Shown piece by piece: positions 56,579-64,000 of a stretch of DNA of 64,000 nt. The position numbers and the translations under genes are program-made. How positions within the stretch are numbered: position 1 is the first letter of the stretch; every line of letters starts with the position of its first letter. Under the pieces are notes generated by a model, which saw nothing but the letters and a program-made list of their open reading frames with translations, had not been told where the DNA came from and ran no database searches. The DNA comes from a virus. Location of the stretch: the IMG/VR virus record IMGVR_UViG_3300020175_001039, positions 1-64,000 of that record. One strand, 5' to 3'.

Positions 56579-57381
56579 TATTCGCTAGCATCCACAATCA
56601 TTTTAATATTGTATTCAAGTTTAGCATTAAATTCTTCGTCTGTCAAGTCATAACGTAAGCCTTCTGATAACGCTCTGCTAAAGCTCGCACTTACATTGTC
56701 ATTAAGGCCAAGCCTATTACATGCTTCTGCTGTACTGTATCCGCCACTCAGGAACACAACCTGTTCTACATTAGGAAACACTGTAAGGTTGTGATACAGA
56801 TTAGGTACTTCCGGCGGTGTTAGTTTGAGAATACATTTGCCTGGATATTCATCTAAGAACTCTTGCAAGTGATACATAAGAGCGTCTTCAACTTCAGCTT
56901 TGATAGGATGGTCAATAGGCACTTCTGGTTCAATAATAGGTACAAGTCCACAATCCCAAATAGTACGGGCAAGTGTAAACTGTTGTTTGAGTACAGGATG
57001 TACCATTCCTGTACCGTGTACAATACTACGCATCTTGGTGCCGTAGATTTTAGGACCAATGCCGTTAGTAGCAAACTCTAACATTTGTTTTACTGGAAAC
57101 TGTTTGAGTGTTCCATCAGCATCACATCCGCTATCAATCTTTAGGAACGTGTCAATACCTTTTTCATCCAAGATGTTAACCATGCCACGTGTGACTGTGT
57201 CTTGGTAGAGGATTGCTCCCCAGATGTTTGAGTCGTTGAAGTCAGGACTGTTGACCATTCTAAGACGCATAGCATGAACTTTCTCCATCTTGTCTGCTTC
57301 TGTGTATTCTTGTCCGTAACGTTCTAGTACGCCACCTGTTGAACCACCACTGTGATCCATTGCTGCTATAAATCTACTCAT
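56578..57381 (-). CDS. Class I fructose-bisphosphate aldolase
   Basis: AAMDHSGGST, FLKID, GTKMRS, PIIEPEV, LSGGY, SFSRAL. Confidence 0.88.
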   Translation of the reverse strand: MSRFIAAMDHSGGSTGGVLERYGQEYTEADKMEKVHAMRLRMVNSPDFNDSNIWGAILYQDTVTRGMVNILDEKGIDTFLKIDSGCDADGTLKQFPVKQMLEFATNGIGPKIYGTKMRSIVHGTGMVHPVLKQQFTLARTIWDCGLVPIIEPEVPIDHPIKAEVEDALMYHLQEFLDEYPGKCILKLTPPEVPNLYHNLTVFPNVEQVVFLSGGYSTAEACNRLGLNDNVSASFSRALSEGLRYDLTDEEFNAKLEYNIKMIVDASE

Positions 57382-57704
57382 GATATAATCCAATCCATAT
57401 TCATCCAGTCTGTATCTTCTGGCATCATCTCAACTTTGTCGCCGTGAATACCTTGTAACTGTGTCCAAATGTGTGCATTGTTCATCCTCAGTGTGTAGGA
57501 CTCTTTATAACAACGATATCGAGACCCACTAGAACCAGAGAAGTAGTAGAACTCTTCGTCCTCTTCTACCTTTGTAATGCCACTGTTCATACGCCAACTG
57601 TCGCCATCTAAGTAACCACCAGATGTTCCAACAAGAAGACGATAGTGAGGATCATCGCCTTTCATCTTGATAACGACCCAGTTATCACATGTGTAATCAC
57701 TCAT
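57378..57704 (-). CDS. Hypothetical phage protein
   Basis: SGGYLDGDSWRMNSGI block; coupled ORF. Confidence 0.65.
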   Translation of the reverse strand: MSDYTCDNWVVIKMKGDDPHYRLLVGTSGGYLDGDSWRMNSGITKVEEDEEFYYFSGSSGSRYRCYKESYTLRMNNAHIWTQLQGIHGDKVEMMPEDTDWMNMDWIIS

Positions 57705-58035
57705 AAGTTTCCCCTGTTTCGCGGAAGAAGTTTTCACTCCAAAATGCTTTGTCATCAATCCAGATATCGTAGTTTTCTTTTTCACCTACGCTTAGTTCGT
57801 GATGCTTTGCACCCCACTTCATCAGCTGTGCATATGTAAGCTCGTAATAGTCCACGCCACTAACGCACCCACGTGCAGTCATATATTTGATTGTATGTCC
57901 TGCATCGTATAGTGCATTTACTTTTGCAATGCGTTCTGGCATTGGGATATGATTAGCGTAGTCTTTTTTACCACCACTGTCAGGAATGATAACTTCTCGA
58001 CAGATAGTCCCGTCAATATCAATAACATACTTCAT
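57697..58035 (-). CDS. Minimal HAD-superfamily phosphatase
   Basis: DIDGT, TARG, K, IDDK. Confidence 0.8.
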   Translation of the reverse strand: MKYVIDIDGTICREVIIPDSGGKKDYANHIPMPERIAKVNALYDAGHTIKYMTARGCVSGVDYYELTYAQLMKWGAKHHELSVGEKENYDIWIDDKAFWSENFFRETGETYE

Positions 58036-58796
58036 TAATCTCTTCTTTCAATATCTTCTTCACTGAGTTCAGATCCCATCCAAACCTCAATTACTTTTGC
58101 AGTAACTTCTCCTACATTGTGTGCTTTGTGCCAAGTTAATACTGGAATATCAATGCTGTCACCAGGACCATATGTTTTGCTTTCACGATCGCCGTTGGCA
58201 AATTCCAAGTCCATGCGAATTTTGCCTTCAATCACATGCCAGTGTTCACTGCGAATAAAATGCCGTTGATCACTAAGTGGAGTTTCAGTACCAAAAGCAA
58301 GTTCTTTAACAGCCCAACCTGGACCATTGTGTAATACAGTGTAACTACCCCAGGCACGTTGGGTTGTGGGTTGACTCCACTCCTTGAGTATCCAACTACT
58401 GCTATTGCGCTTATCATCACCGCCGACGCCAAACTCAAATGATAGGCGCGGATCAGTTACTGTCATTTCTGGAATATTATCTTTGCCGCGATCGCCGCCG
58501 TTTGCAAAAATAATTTCACTAGATTTACAGTTATTGAGAACTTTAGTTAGTGCATCGCAAGCTGTATCGTCAGTATCATCAAATTTGATAACTTGATCAA
58601 CAACTGCTAATTCACCGATAATACCAGCACGTTCAGTAAATGGCATGAAGGGCCGACCCTTTTTTCGAGTCAGCCAATCATCACTATTCAAGGCAACAAC
58701 CAAGACATCTCCCAATGCCTTGGCTGCTTTAAACATGCTAATGTGTCCGCTGTGAACGGGATCAAAACCACCGCTTACTACAACCACACGATTCAT
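58035..58796 (-). CDS. Nucleotidyltransferase (HxGH, RfaE/TagD-like) fused to sugar-isomerase-type cupin
   Basis: SGGFDPVHSGH, NSD, FANGGDR, SSS; C-term R.WG...QRH..RSEHW...WH. Confidence 0.85.
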   Translation of the reverse strand: MNRVVVVSGGFDPVHSGHISMFKAAKALGDVLVVALNSDDWLTRKKGRPFMPFTERAGIIGELAVVDQVIKFDDTDDTACDALTKVLNNCKSSEIIFANGGDRGKDNIPEMTVTDPRLSFEFGVGGDDKRNSSSWILKEWSQPTTQRAWGSYTVLHNGPGWAVKELAFGTETPLSDQRHFIRSEHWHVIEGKIRMDLEFANGDRESKTYGPGDSIDIPVLTWHKAHNVGEVTAKVIEVWMGSELSEEDIERRD

Positions 58797-58797
58797 A

Positions 58798-59127
58798 TCA
58801 ATCTGCCTTTACGTTGTCACGAAAATGGACAAGACGACCAACATGGATCTTTAGTTTTTTGGGGCTACGATCCTTGTGTAGCCTTAGCGTTAAATCAAAG
58901 GTCACTGCGTTATTTTTTTCAACAGTGATGATTTCAAATTCACGCAATTTCCAGCTTGAACTCAAGTCGCCTAGGTAGGCATGAAACAAGCTAGTAACCT
59001 TTGCTGTGTCTTTGTGGTTATAAATCAAACCATCATATGGTTGGATAATTTTAAGAAGATCGTATTTGATCTCCGGCAAAGTATAGTAGCCACCAATACG
59101 ATATTGATTTGGTTTAGTGTTGGACAT
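58798..59127 (-). CDS. Hypothetical protein
   Basis: AAGGA RBS. Confidence 0.6.
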   Translation of the reverse strand: MSNTKPNQYRIGGYYTLPEIKYDLLKIIQPYDGLIYNHKDTAKVTSLFHAYLGDLSSSWKLREFEIITVEKNNAVTFDLTLRLHKDRSPKKLKIHVGRLVHFRDNVKAD

Positions 59128-59138
59128 TTTATTATTCC

Positions 59139-59528
59139 TTAGTTTGAGTTAAATGTCATTGTTGCGCCGTTTTCATTATCTTCAGCAACAGTGATAGTAA
59201 TGTCGCGGCCCGGGTATTTGTTGTTAATAGTTGTTGCTAGTTCTTCAGCAATCATTTCACAACTACGATGATTGAGATTCAGCGTTCCTACTGAATACAG
59301 TGATTGTAGCCACCGCTTGAATTGGATAAATTCAATATCTCGATCATTGTGTTGTACATCAATTGCTACACGGAAGTGAAAGATATGACGATGTGCGTAT
59401 CCTAAGAAACTTACGTCATCCCAATCGCCTGTGGCCAGGGAAGGGTCATCAATTGCAGCTGGGTACAAGTGTACCCCTTCTTGTTGAAAGGTTACCCAAA
59501 TTTGACGCTGTGAAACTTGAACACCCAT
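59139..59528 (-). CDS. queD: QueD-like 6-carboxytetrahydropterin synthase (T-fold)
   Basis: H..., HRHIFH, DRDIEF, SCE..A, V.EDNENG. Confidence 0.7.
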   Translation of the reverse strand: MGVQVSQRQIWVTFQQEGVHLYPAAIDDPSLATGDWDDVSFLGYAHRHIFHFRVAIDVQHNDRDIEFIQFKRWLQSLYSVGTLNLNHRSCEMIAEELATTINNKYPGRDITITVAEDNENGATMTFNSN

Positions 59529-59531
59529 CGT

Positions 59532-59717
59532 CTACGTGTCCTCGCCAACTTGCGCACGAAGAAGCTTCAAGATTTCCCAAAGTTTCCAATCAATTGCTTC
59601 CGCATATTTCATCATTTGCGCACCATCTAGTCCTGGCACAGATACTTCCGTTGTATTAGTATCTGTTGTTGTTGTAGTAGTACCTTCTTCATCAATTAGT
59701 CTGATCTTTTTCGCCAT
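59532..59717 (-). CDS. Hypothetical protein
   Basis: GGAGG RBS. Confidence 0.55.
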   Translation of the reverse strand: MAKKIRLIDEEGTTTTTTDTNTTEVSVPGLDGAQMMKYAEAIDWKLWEILKLLRAQVGEDT

Positions 59718-59719
59718 AA

Positions 59720-61219
59720 TTAGGCCTCCATATTTGTTAAGATTGTGTTTGCTTGTTCAGCAGCTTCATTGTCGTAATCTGCAGAGATGATATCATCCTG
59801 CATTTTACTTACTTTAAAGAGTCCACTCATCGAGTTGTTTGATGTTTTAAGACTCTTCTGTCCGTTAAAGTCCGCCATCATTGCTCCAGCTTCGTCTAAC
59901 ATCTGCATTGGTGTTTCACTTTTAAATAGTTCTTCAATAAAGTTAGACATATACAATGCATTACGTGGTACCCAAGGATCAAATTGATCCTCTTTACTAC
60001 CATTCTTTACTTTGCGCCATTCGTGATGACTAGTTTTAAATTGTGTTGTAGCAACATCTGTCAATGCATTAGCACGTTGGACACTTTCAATGTGACTATA
60101 TACATTGTGACCCATCTGTAGGAAGTAGCTGAGGCTATCCCACGAAGTCTTGCCTTCTTTGCCATTCTTGTTCAACATGCCTGGATGATACCAATTAATA
60201 TCCCCCATAGTTAAACGATCACCAACTGCGCCGCCCCAAGGGAACGGAATCTCACTACCTGCTAATGTTTTGCTATCTACTGCACTATCCATAACATAAC
60301 CAAATTTGTTATTACGATGTGTGTGCTGTGTGTACACTTGTCCCATTGCCGTAGCAATAAAAGGACTTGCACAATCAAACATAACATCAATATCTTCATT
60401 AACTGTTGAACGTAATGCACGTTTAATAGCAGTAAATGCAGTTGCCCATTCCAGTTTACTTGTTCCTAGATAGTGCAACAAGTCACGCTTTCCACGCTCC
60501 AGCTGATTATCATCACGCATTTGAATAAGTGTGCGCAATACAATATTGATATCATTCTTGGTGCTACCACCAAAAGCAAAGCCATCAAGATCATGGTGCT
60601 TCATACTTTGATACCAATGATTTGCTTCTGCCCAATTACGTCCTTGCATAACATTTAGATATTTTGTTTGGAATTTACGATGCTTTTTAAACCAGTTTAC
60701 ATTAAAATCAGTGTATTCCAAACATTCATTGAATGAAGTAATGCCTGTACGCTCAGTAAATGTAGGTTCAGCTGCCAATGTTGGGATATCCAAAATCATT
60801 GAATAGTCTGCTGTATACTCCAACCAGTTTAGAATAGTTTCACGTAAACTATCATCTGTCTTAAAGTTTTTCCAATCACACTTAATAACACCTTTAATGA
60901 TCTGGAACCCACCTGAGTCTCCTAGGATGAATGTCTTTTCACGATCACGTGCTTGTACCATGTTATCGCTTACATATGCTTTGTCGAGATTTAACTGTGC
61001 ATGTCCTGCAGAGTATAGCCCCCATTTGTATGGAAAGTAACTATCCTCTTTGAGGAAGTCCATGCCTTCCAAACCTTTTTCAAAGCCTGCTGGCACACGT
61101 TCATCAGGGATGAAGTCTGTGCCTTGTTCACGATATTTTGCAAGCACATTGTTATAGAAGGTGCTAATGCTGGGCAAAAACACACTATAATCTTTGTTGC
61201 TAGCTGTTAAGTTTGACAT
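59720..61219 (-). CDS. TGT-family transglycosylase, probable DNA 7-deazaguanine insertase (DpdA-like)
   Basis: GDSGGFQ, LDIP, V.QG, AFGG, HYLG, FD.ASP, HN; clustered with queD/folE. Confidence 0.75.
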   Translation of the reverse strand: MSNLTASNKDYSVFLPSISTFYNNVLAKYREQGTDFIPDERVPAGFEKGLEGMDFLKEDSYFPYKWGLYSAGHAQLNLDKAYVSDNMVQARDREKTFILGDSGGFQIIKGVIKCDWKNFKTDDSLRETILNWLEYTADYSMILDIPTLAAEPTFTERTGITSFNECLEYTDFNVNWFKKHRKFQTKYLNVMQGRNWAEANHWYQSMKHHDLDGFAFGGSTKNDINIVLRTLIQMRDDNQLERGKRDLLHYLGTSKLEWATAFTAIKRALRSTVNEDIDVMFDCASPFIATAMGQVYTQHTHRNNKFGYVMDSAVDSKTLAGSEIPFPWGGAVGDRLTMGDINWYHPGMLNKNGKEGKTSWDSLSYFLQMGHNVYSHIESVQRANALTDVATTQFKTSHHEWRKVKNGSKEDQFDPWVPRNALYMSNFIEELFKSETPMQMLDEAGAMMADFNGQKSLKTSNNSMSGLFKVSKMQDDIISADYDNEAAEQANTILTNMEA

Positions 61220-61222
61220 GTT

Positions 61223-61978
61223 TTATACCGACAATGCTGGAAGGATATAGTTATATTCGCCGATGCCAGTGTCGATTGTAATTTGCAACGCACCCATTGC
61301 ACTGATGTGCAAAGTACATTGTGCTGTCATGCCCAACTTCAATACACTCAAGAATTGTGTAAGTGGCCAACTAAAGCCCTCGCCCAGTTCACCAGTTACA
61401 TTAGTAGCAAATGTACGCTTACCAACAAAACTACCACCAGTATCACCAACAGTAACGATTAGGTTACCATCTTGTGTCTTTAGGCTAAAGTTGGGTTCAA
61501 TGCCACCATAAATGCCAGCAATTTCCTGCAACTCACTTACTTTTTGCTTTGTAGGCTCAACAGTGATATCCCAGTTTGGCATTGAGTTAAATTCAATGTT
61601 TTCAAATGTACTGAGTACCTGGCGTTCATTCATTAGACGATATCGGTCGTTATTGCCTTGTGTGTCTTTGAATAGCAATGCTTGTGGTGTTGTTGCACCA
61701 TCTTTTTCCTGCATTACCATTTCTACAGTCGCGCCATCTTCTTTGTATGTGCGGATGCCGCTAATGCCGTTCAAGAACGCCAAGTTGCCAAATCCAAACA
61801 CACCAGAAAATTCTGGAAGTGCATTGTGTAGTTTCGCTTTGATAATCACAGTGCGCTCTGTGTCTACTGCATCGAACTTGGTAGTAGAAGCATCACCTTC
61901 TACTTTAACAAAGTTTACGATGCCCAAGCTCGCAGTCATTTTAACTACGTCTTGAACTACGTCTTTAATAGTACTCAT
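61223..61978 (-). CDS. Sliding clamp-like (gp45/PCNA-like) protein
   Basis: 251 aa alpha/beta pattern ending GALQITIDTGIGEYNYILPA. Confidence 0.6.
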   Translation of the reverse strand: MSTIKDVVQDVVKMTASLGIVNFVKVEGDASTTKFDAVDTERTVIIKAKLHNALPEFSGVFGFGNLAFLNGISGIRTYKEDGATVEMVMQEKDGATTPQALLFKDTQGNNDRYRLMNERQVLSTFENIEFNSMPNWDITVEPTKQKVSELQEIAGIYGGIEPNFSLKTQDGNLIVTVGDTGGSFVGKRTFATNVTGELGEGFSWPLTQFLSVLKLGMTAQCTLHISAMGALQITIDTGIGEYNYILPALSV

Positions 61979-62018
61979 TTATAGAGTCTCCTTAGGGTTT
62001 GATTGTTGTTATGTATTC

Positions 62019-62047
62019 ATAATACGATGAATTGAAGTTAAAGTCAA
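62019..62047 (-). promoter_or_regulatory. sigma70-type promoter for clamp-DpdA operon
   Basis: TTGACT-17-TATTAT; AAGGAG RBS downstream. Confidence 0.6.
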
Positions 62048-62070
62048 GTATTTTTTGAAATTAAAATACA

Positions 62071-62706
62071 TTATTTTACTCTTATTTTGTAGACGTCCTC
62101 AAATGCTGGTCTAGGATATGGATTTTCTCCATAAGCATACGGAATACGTCTACTTCTATCTGTCCTAGGGTCAATATAAAGTGGATGTGGTTCACGATAT
62201 CCGATTCCAATGAACAAATTAGTTCTTCGGTCTGCACCGATTAATTTTGCCATGCCTTCTGCATCTCGAATACACTGGCATAATCCAGTGTCAATTCCTC
62301 GAGCAGTAAAGCCGTAGATAAATGATACTGCGGCGATACCAATTTCTATATTGTCAGTATTGGCAATTCCAATTCCTGGGCGTTGTTCAATTGTTTGAAA
62401 TTTAGTTTCTTCATAAACAACATCACGTGTGCTGAATGCCAAAAGAGTAGGTGCTAGTACTTGCGGATTACCTTTATCGATCATCATATTATGATCTGTA
62501 TTTCTATGACACATTGTGTGAATCTGTTTTCTCATTTCAGGATCAGTGTTGTCAATAATATCTACTACATAAGGTATTTTTCTGTTTTTACTAGGAGCAT
62601 AATTGTAAACTTCCTCGCATACCTCTTGTATAATTTCCACTGGCACTTGATCCGTCTTCCAACTAAAGGTAGTGCTTCTTGCTTTTAATACGTCTGAATA
62701 TTCCAT
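62071..62706 (-). CDS. Nitroreductase family flavoprotein
   Basis: RSTT..W, APSKN, GIDTG.C, IGIGY. Confidence 0.7.
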   Translation of the reverse strand: MEYSDVLKARSTTFSWKTDQVPVEIIQEVCEEVYNYAPSKNRKIPYVVDIIDNTDPEMRKQIHTMCHRNTDHNMMIDKGNPQVLAPTLLAFSTRDVVYEETKFQTIEQRPGIGIANTDNIEIGIAAVSFIYGFTARGIDTGLCQCIRDAEGMAKLIGADRRTNLFIGIGYREPHPLYIDPRTDRSRRIPYAYGENPYPRPAFEDVYKIRVK

Positions 62707-63806
62707 TATTTAAATTGCTCCGAGAATGGGTCAAACTCTGTGCCACACTTTTGCGCACAAACACCTAGTTTACCAGCTTTGATACTTTCAAGTTTCCAAC
62801 TACGTTGAATGTCTTGCATAATGCCACTATCAAAGACACCTTTTATACCAAATAGTTTTGCATTAATACCTTCTTTCCCGCCAGCTCTGTCAATAAAGTC
62901 CCAAATTTGTTCCACTTTTGGATCTGCTTGCCACCATTTATACATCCGGCCCGCTGTCCAACAACACGGCATAATTAATCCCTCTGCTGTTACAAACATG
63001 CTTTTATTTTTATCTGGCTGCGCTACTTTACAACTAATAGTGGCTTGGTTATAGTAGTCCATCATACTGCCGTATGTTTTTTCTAATTCAGCCTCTTTGG
63101 CCAATGCCAAATTCTGATGCTCTAATTTTTTAGGTTTTGCAAGTGTTGTTGTTTCAGCGCCTTTTCTGTTTACTGCTTGGTGAGACTCTTTGCCTTTGTT
63201 TTTAGCACTGCTAAAGAAACGCCCAGTTTTTTTCTTCATAAATTTTTCACAGCCCCATTCTTTTGCAAGCTGTTCTGCACGTTCTACATCACATTCACTG
63301 TGTTCAAAGATAATATAATCCCACCGGGCTCTGCCGCCTGCTGCAATAAATGCTTTCATATTTCTCTCAACAAACTCCCAACGTACATTCTGTCTATACA
63401 GGTGATTTGTGTTTTCGAGACCATCAACACTAAAGATGACTGCACCTTGGCGTCCGATAACTTCTGCTAAACGTGTCCACCATTCAGTGTCTCTGGCGCC
63501 AGCATTGGTGTTCATACTGAGCCAAATATTGGGATTATGTTTTCTAAAGTACTCCATAATCTCTAGTGTATCAGTGGCACTGATGGGATCACCTAGGTTA
63601 CCACACATATACATCACGTTGAGCTGTTTAATAAATTCTGGAGGGAAGATATCCATACAGTCCTGTAGTGATAATTCTTGTTCATTTCCACGTATGTGTT
63701 GGTTGACAGCGCCACCGTTTTCGTTACGATCACACATTGGACAAGCAGCATTGCATCGCTGTGTTACTTCCAGGTGTAATTCGGTGATTTCGTTATAATT
63801 ATACAT
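62706..63806 (-). CDS. Radical SAM protein, C-terminal twitch domain
   Basis: CNAACPMC; CGNLGDP; C..PCC..CAQKC. Confidence 0.9.
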   Translation of the reverse strand: MYNYNEITELHLEVTQRCNAACPMCDRNENGGAVNQHIRGNEQELSLQDCMDIFPPEFIKQLNVMYMCGNLGDPISATDTLEIMEYFRKHNPNIWLSMNTNAGARDTEWWTRLAEVIGRQGAVIFSVDGLENTNHLYRQNVRWEFVERNMKAFIAAGGRARWDYIIFEHSECDVERAEQLAKEWGCEKFMKKKTGRFFSSAKNKGKESHQAVNRKGAETTTLAKPKKLEHQNLALAKEAELEKTYGSMMDYYNQATISCKVAQPDKNKSMFVTAEGLIMPCCWTAGRMYKWWQADPKVEQIWDFIDRAGGKEGINAKLFGIKGVFDSGIMQDIQRSWKLESIKAGKLGVCAQKCGTEFDPFSEQFK

Positions 63807-64000
63807 TAATATACTCCTCCAAAAATAAAGTAATCAACAGCAAAGGTCATTTCTGCACCAATAAACACCGCTAAGTAATAATTCTGTAGTCTATTCCAGA
63901 TCCATTTAATAACAATCCAAGCAACAAATACTCTAACTGTGTACAATATGTCTGCGTAGATTAACTCTATTAATCTCGGCAATTCTTGCGCTGAATAAAG
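63806..64000 (-). CDS. Membrane protein (3' part only)
   Basis: Manual: ...YTVRVFVAWIVIKWIWNRLQNYYLAVFIGAEMTFAVDYFIFGGVY*. Confidence 0.55.
   Translation of the reverse strand, partial: LYSAQELPRLIELIYADILYTVRVFVAWIVIKWIWNRLQNYYLAVFIGAEMTFAVDYFIFGGVY

Noticed and set aside
59655-59685. ACT/ACA trinucleotide run
   Set aside because: Encodes a short poly-Thr linker in a small protein; not a functional repeat array.
59720-61219. Canonical tRNA-guanine transglycosylase (tgt) for queuosine
   Set aside because: Lacks the CxCxxC zinc motif of bacterial Tgt, is longer and divergent, and sits beside a replication clamp with no queA/queG. A DNA-acting role is more likely but unproven.
1-64000. Many plus-strand ORFs in the track (e.g. 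10-513, 36815-37372, 61512-61955)
   Set aside because: They are antisense shadows of motif-bearing minus-strand genes, with no RBS or recognisable motifs.
1-64000. tRNA, rRNA, CRISPR array, IS/transposase, integrase, intron or intein
   Set aside because: No cloverleaf, spaced direct repeats or mobile-element motifs seen, and non-coding space is minimal. Not verified computationally.

Overview
A 64 kb segment of what looks like a large (jumbo, T4-like-featured) dsDNA bacteriophage genome. Evidence: dense, translationally coupled genes almost all on the minus strand; T4-type RNase H; a sliding-clamp-like protein; thymidine kinase; an AAA+/VWA pair; sigma70-type and TATAAATA late-type promoters; no rRNA, tRNA or ribosomal-protein genes. 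The host is plausibly a marine alphaproteobacterium (inference from MetK/KdsA/PepA sequence style). There are three blocks. (1) 1-28.4 kb is an almost gap-free 'tailoring-enzyme island': 9 twitch/SPASM radical SAM enzymes (one partial, one split), 2 amidinotransferases, a PLP enzyme, 6 Fe(II)/2OG-type oxygenases including a Kdo-hydroxylase-like one, a flavin halogenase, 2 methyltransferases, 2 sulfotransferase-fold proteins, a ferritin-like diiron protein, a GATase, an SGNH protein, MTA/SAH nucleosidase and two paralogous GT8-like/Rossmann fusion proteins. No scaffold synthase or precursor peptide is visible. (2) 28.4-53 kb holds core and auxiliary metabolic genes (AAA/VWA, rnh, metK, sufE, DNA MTase, queE, UDP-sugar dehydrogenase, pepA, kdsA/kdsB, tdk, S8 protease). 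(3) 53-64 kb is a 7-deazaguanine DNA-modification locus (DpdA/TGT-like, QueD-like, folE, PRTase) interleaved with sugar-nucleotide genes and a glycosyltransferase, next to the clamp; no queC is present in the window. All product calls come from motif recognition only; no database searches were run. Several start codons were adjusted from the ORF track using RBS and ATGA/TAATG coupling.
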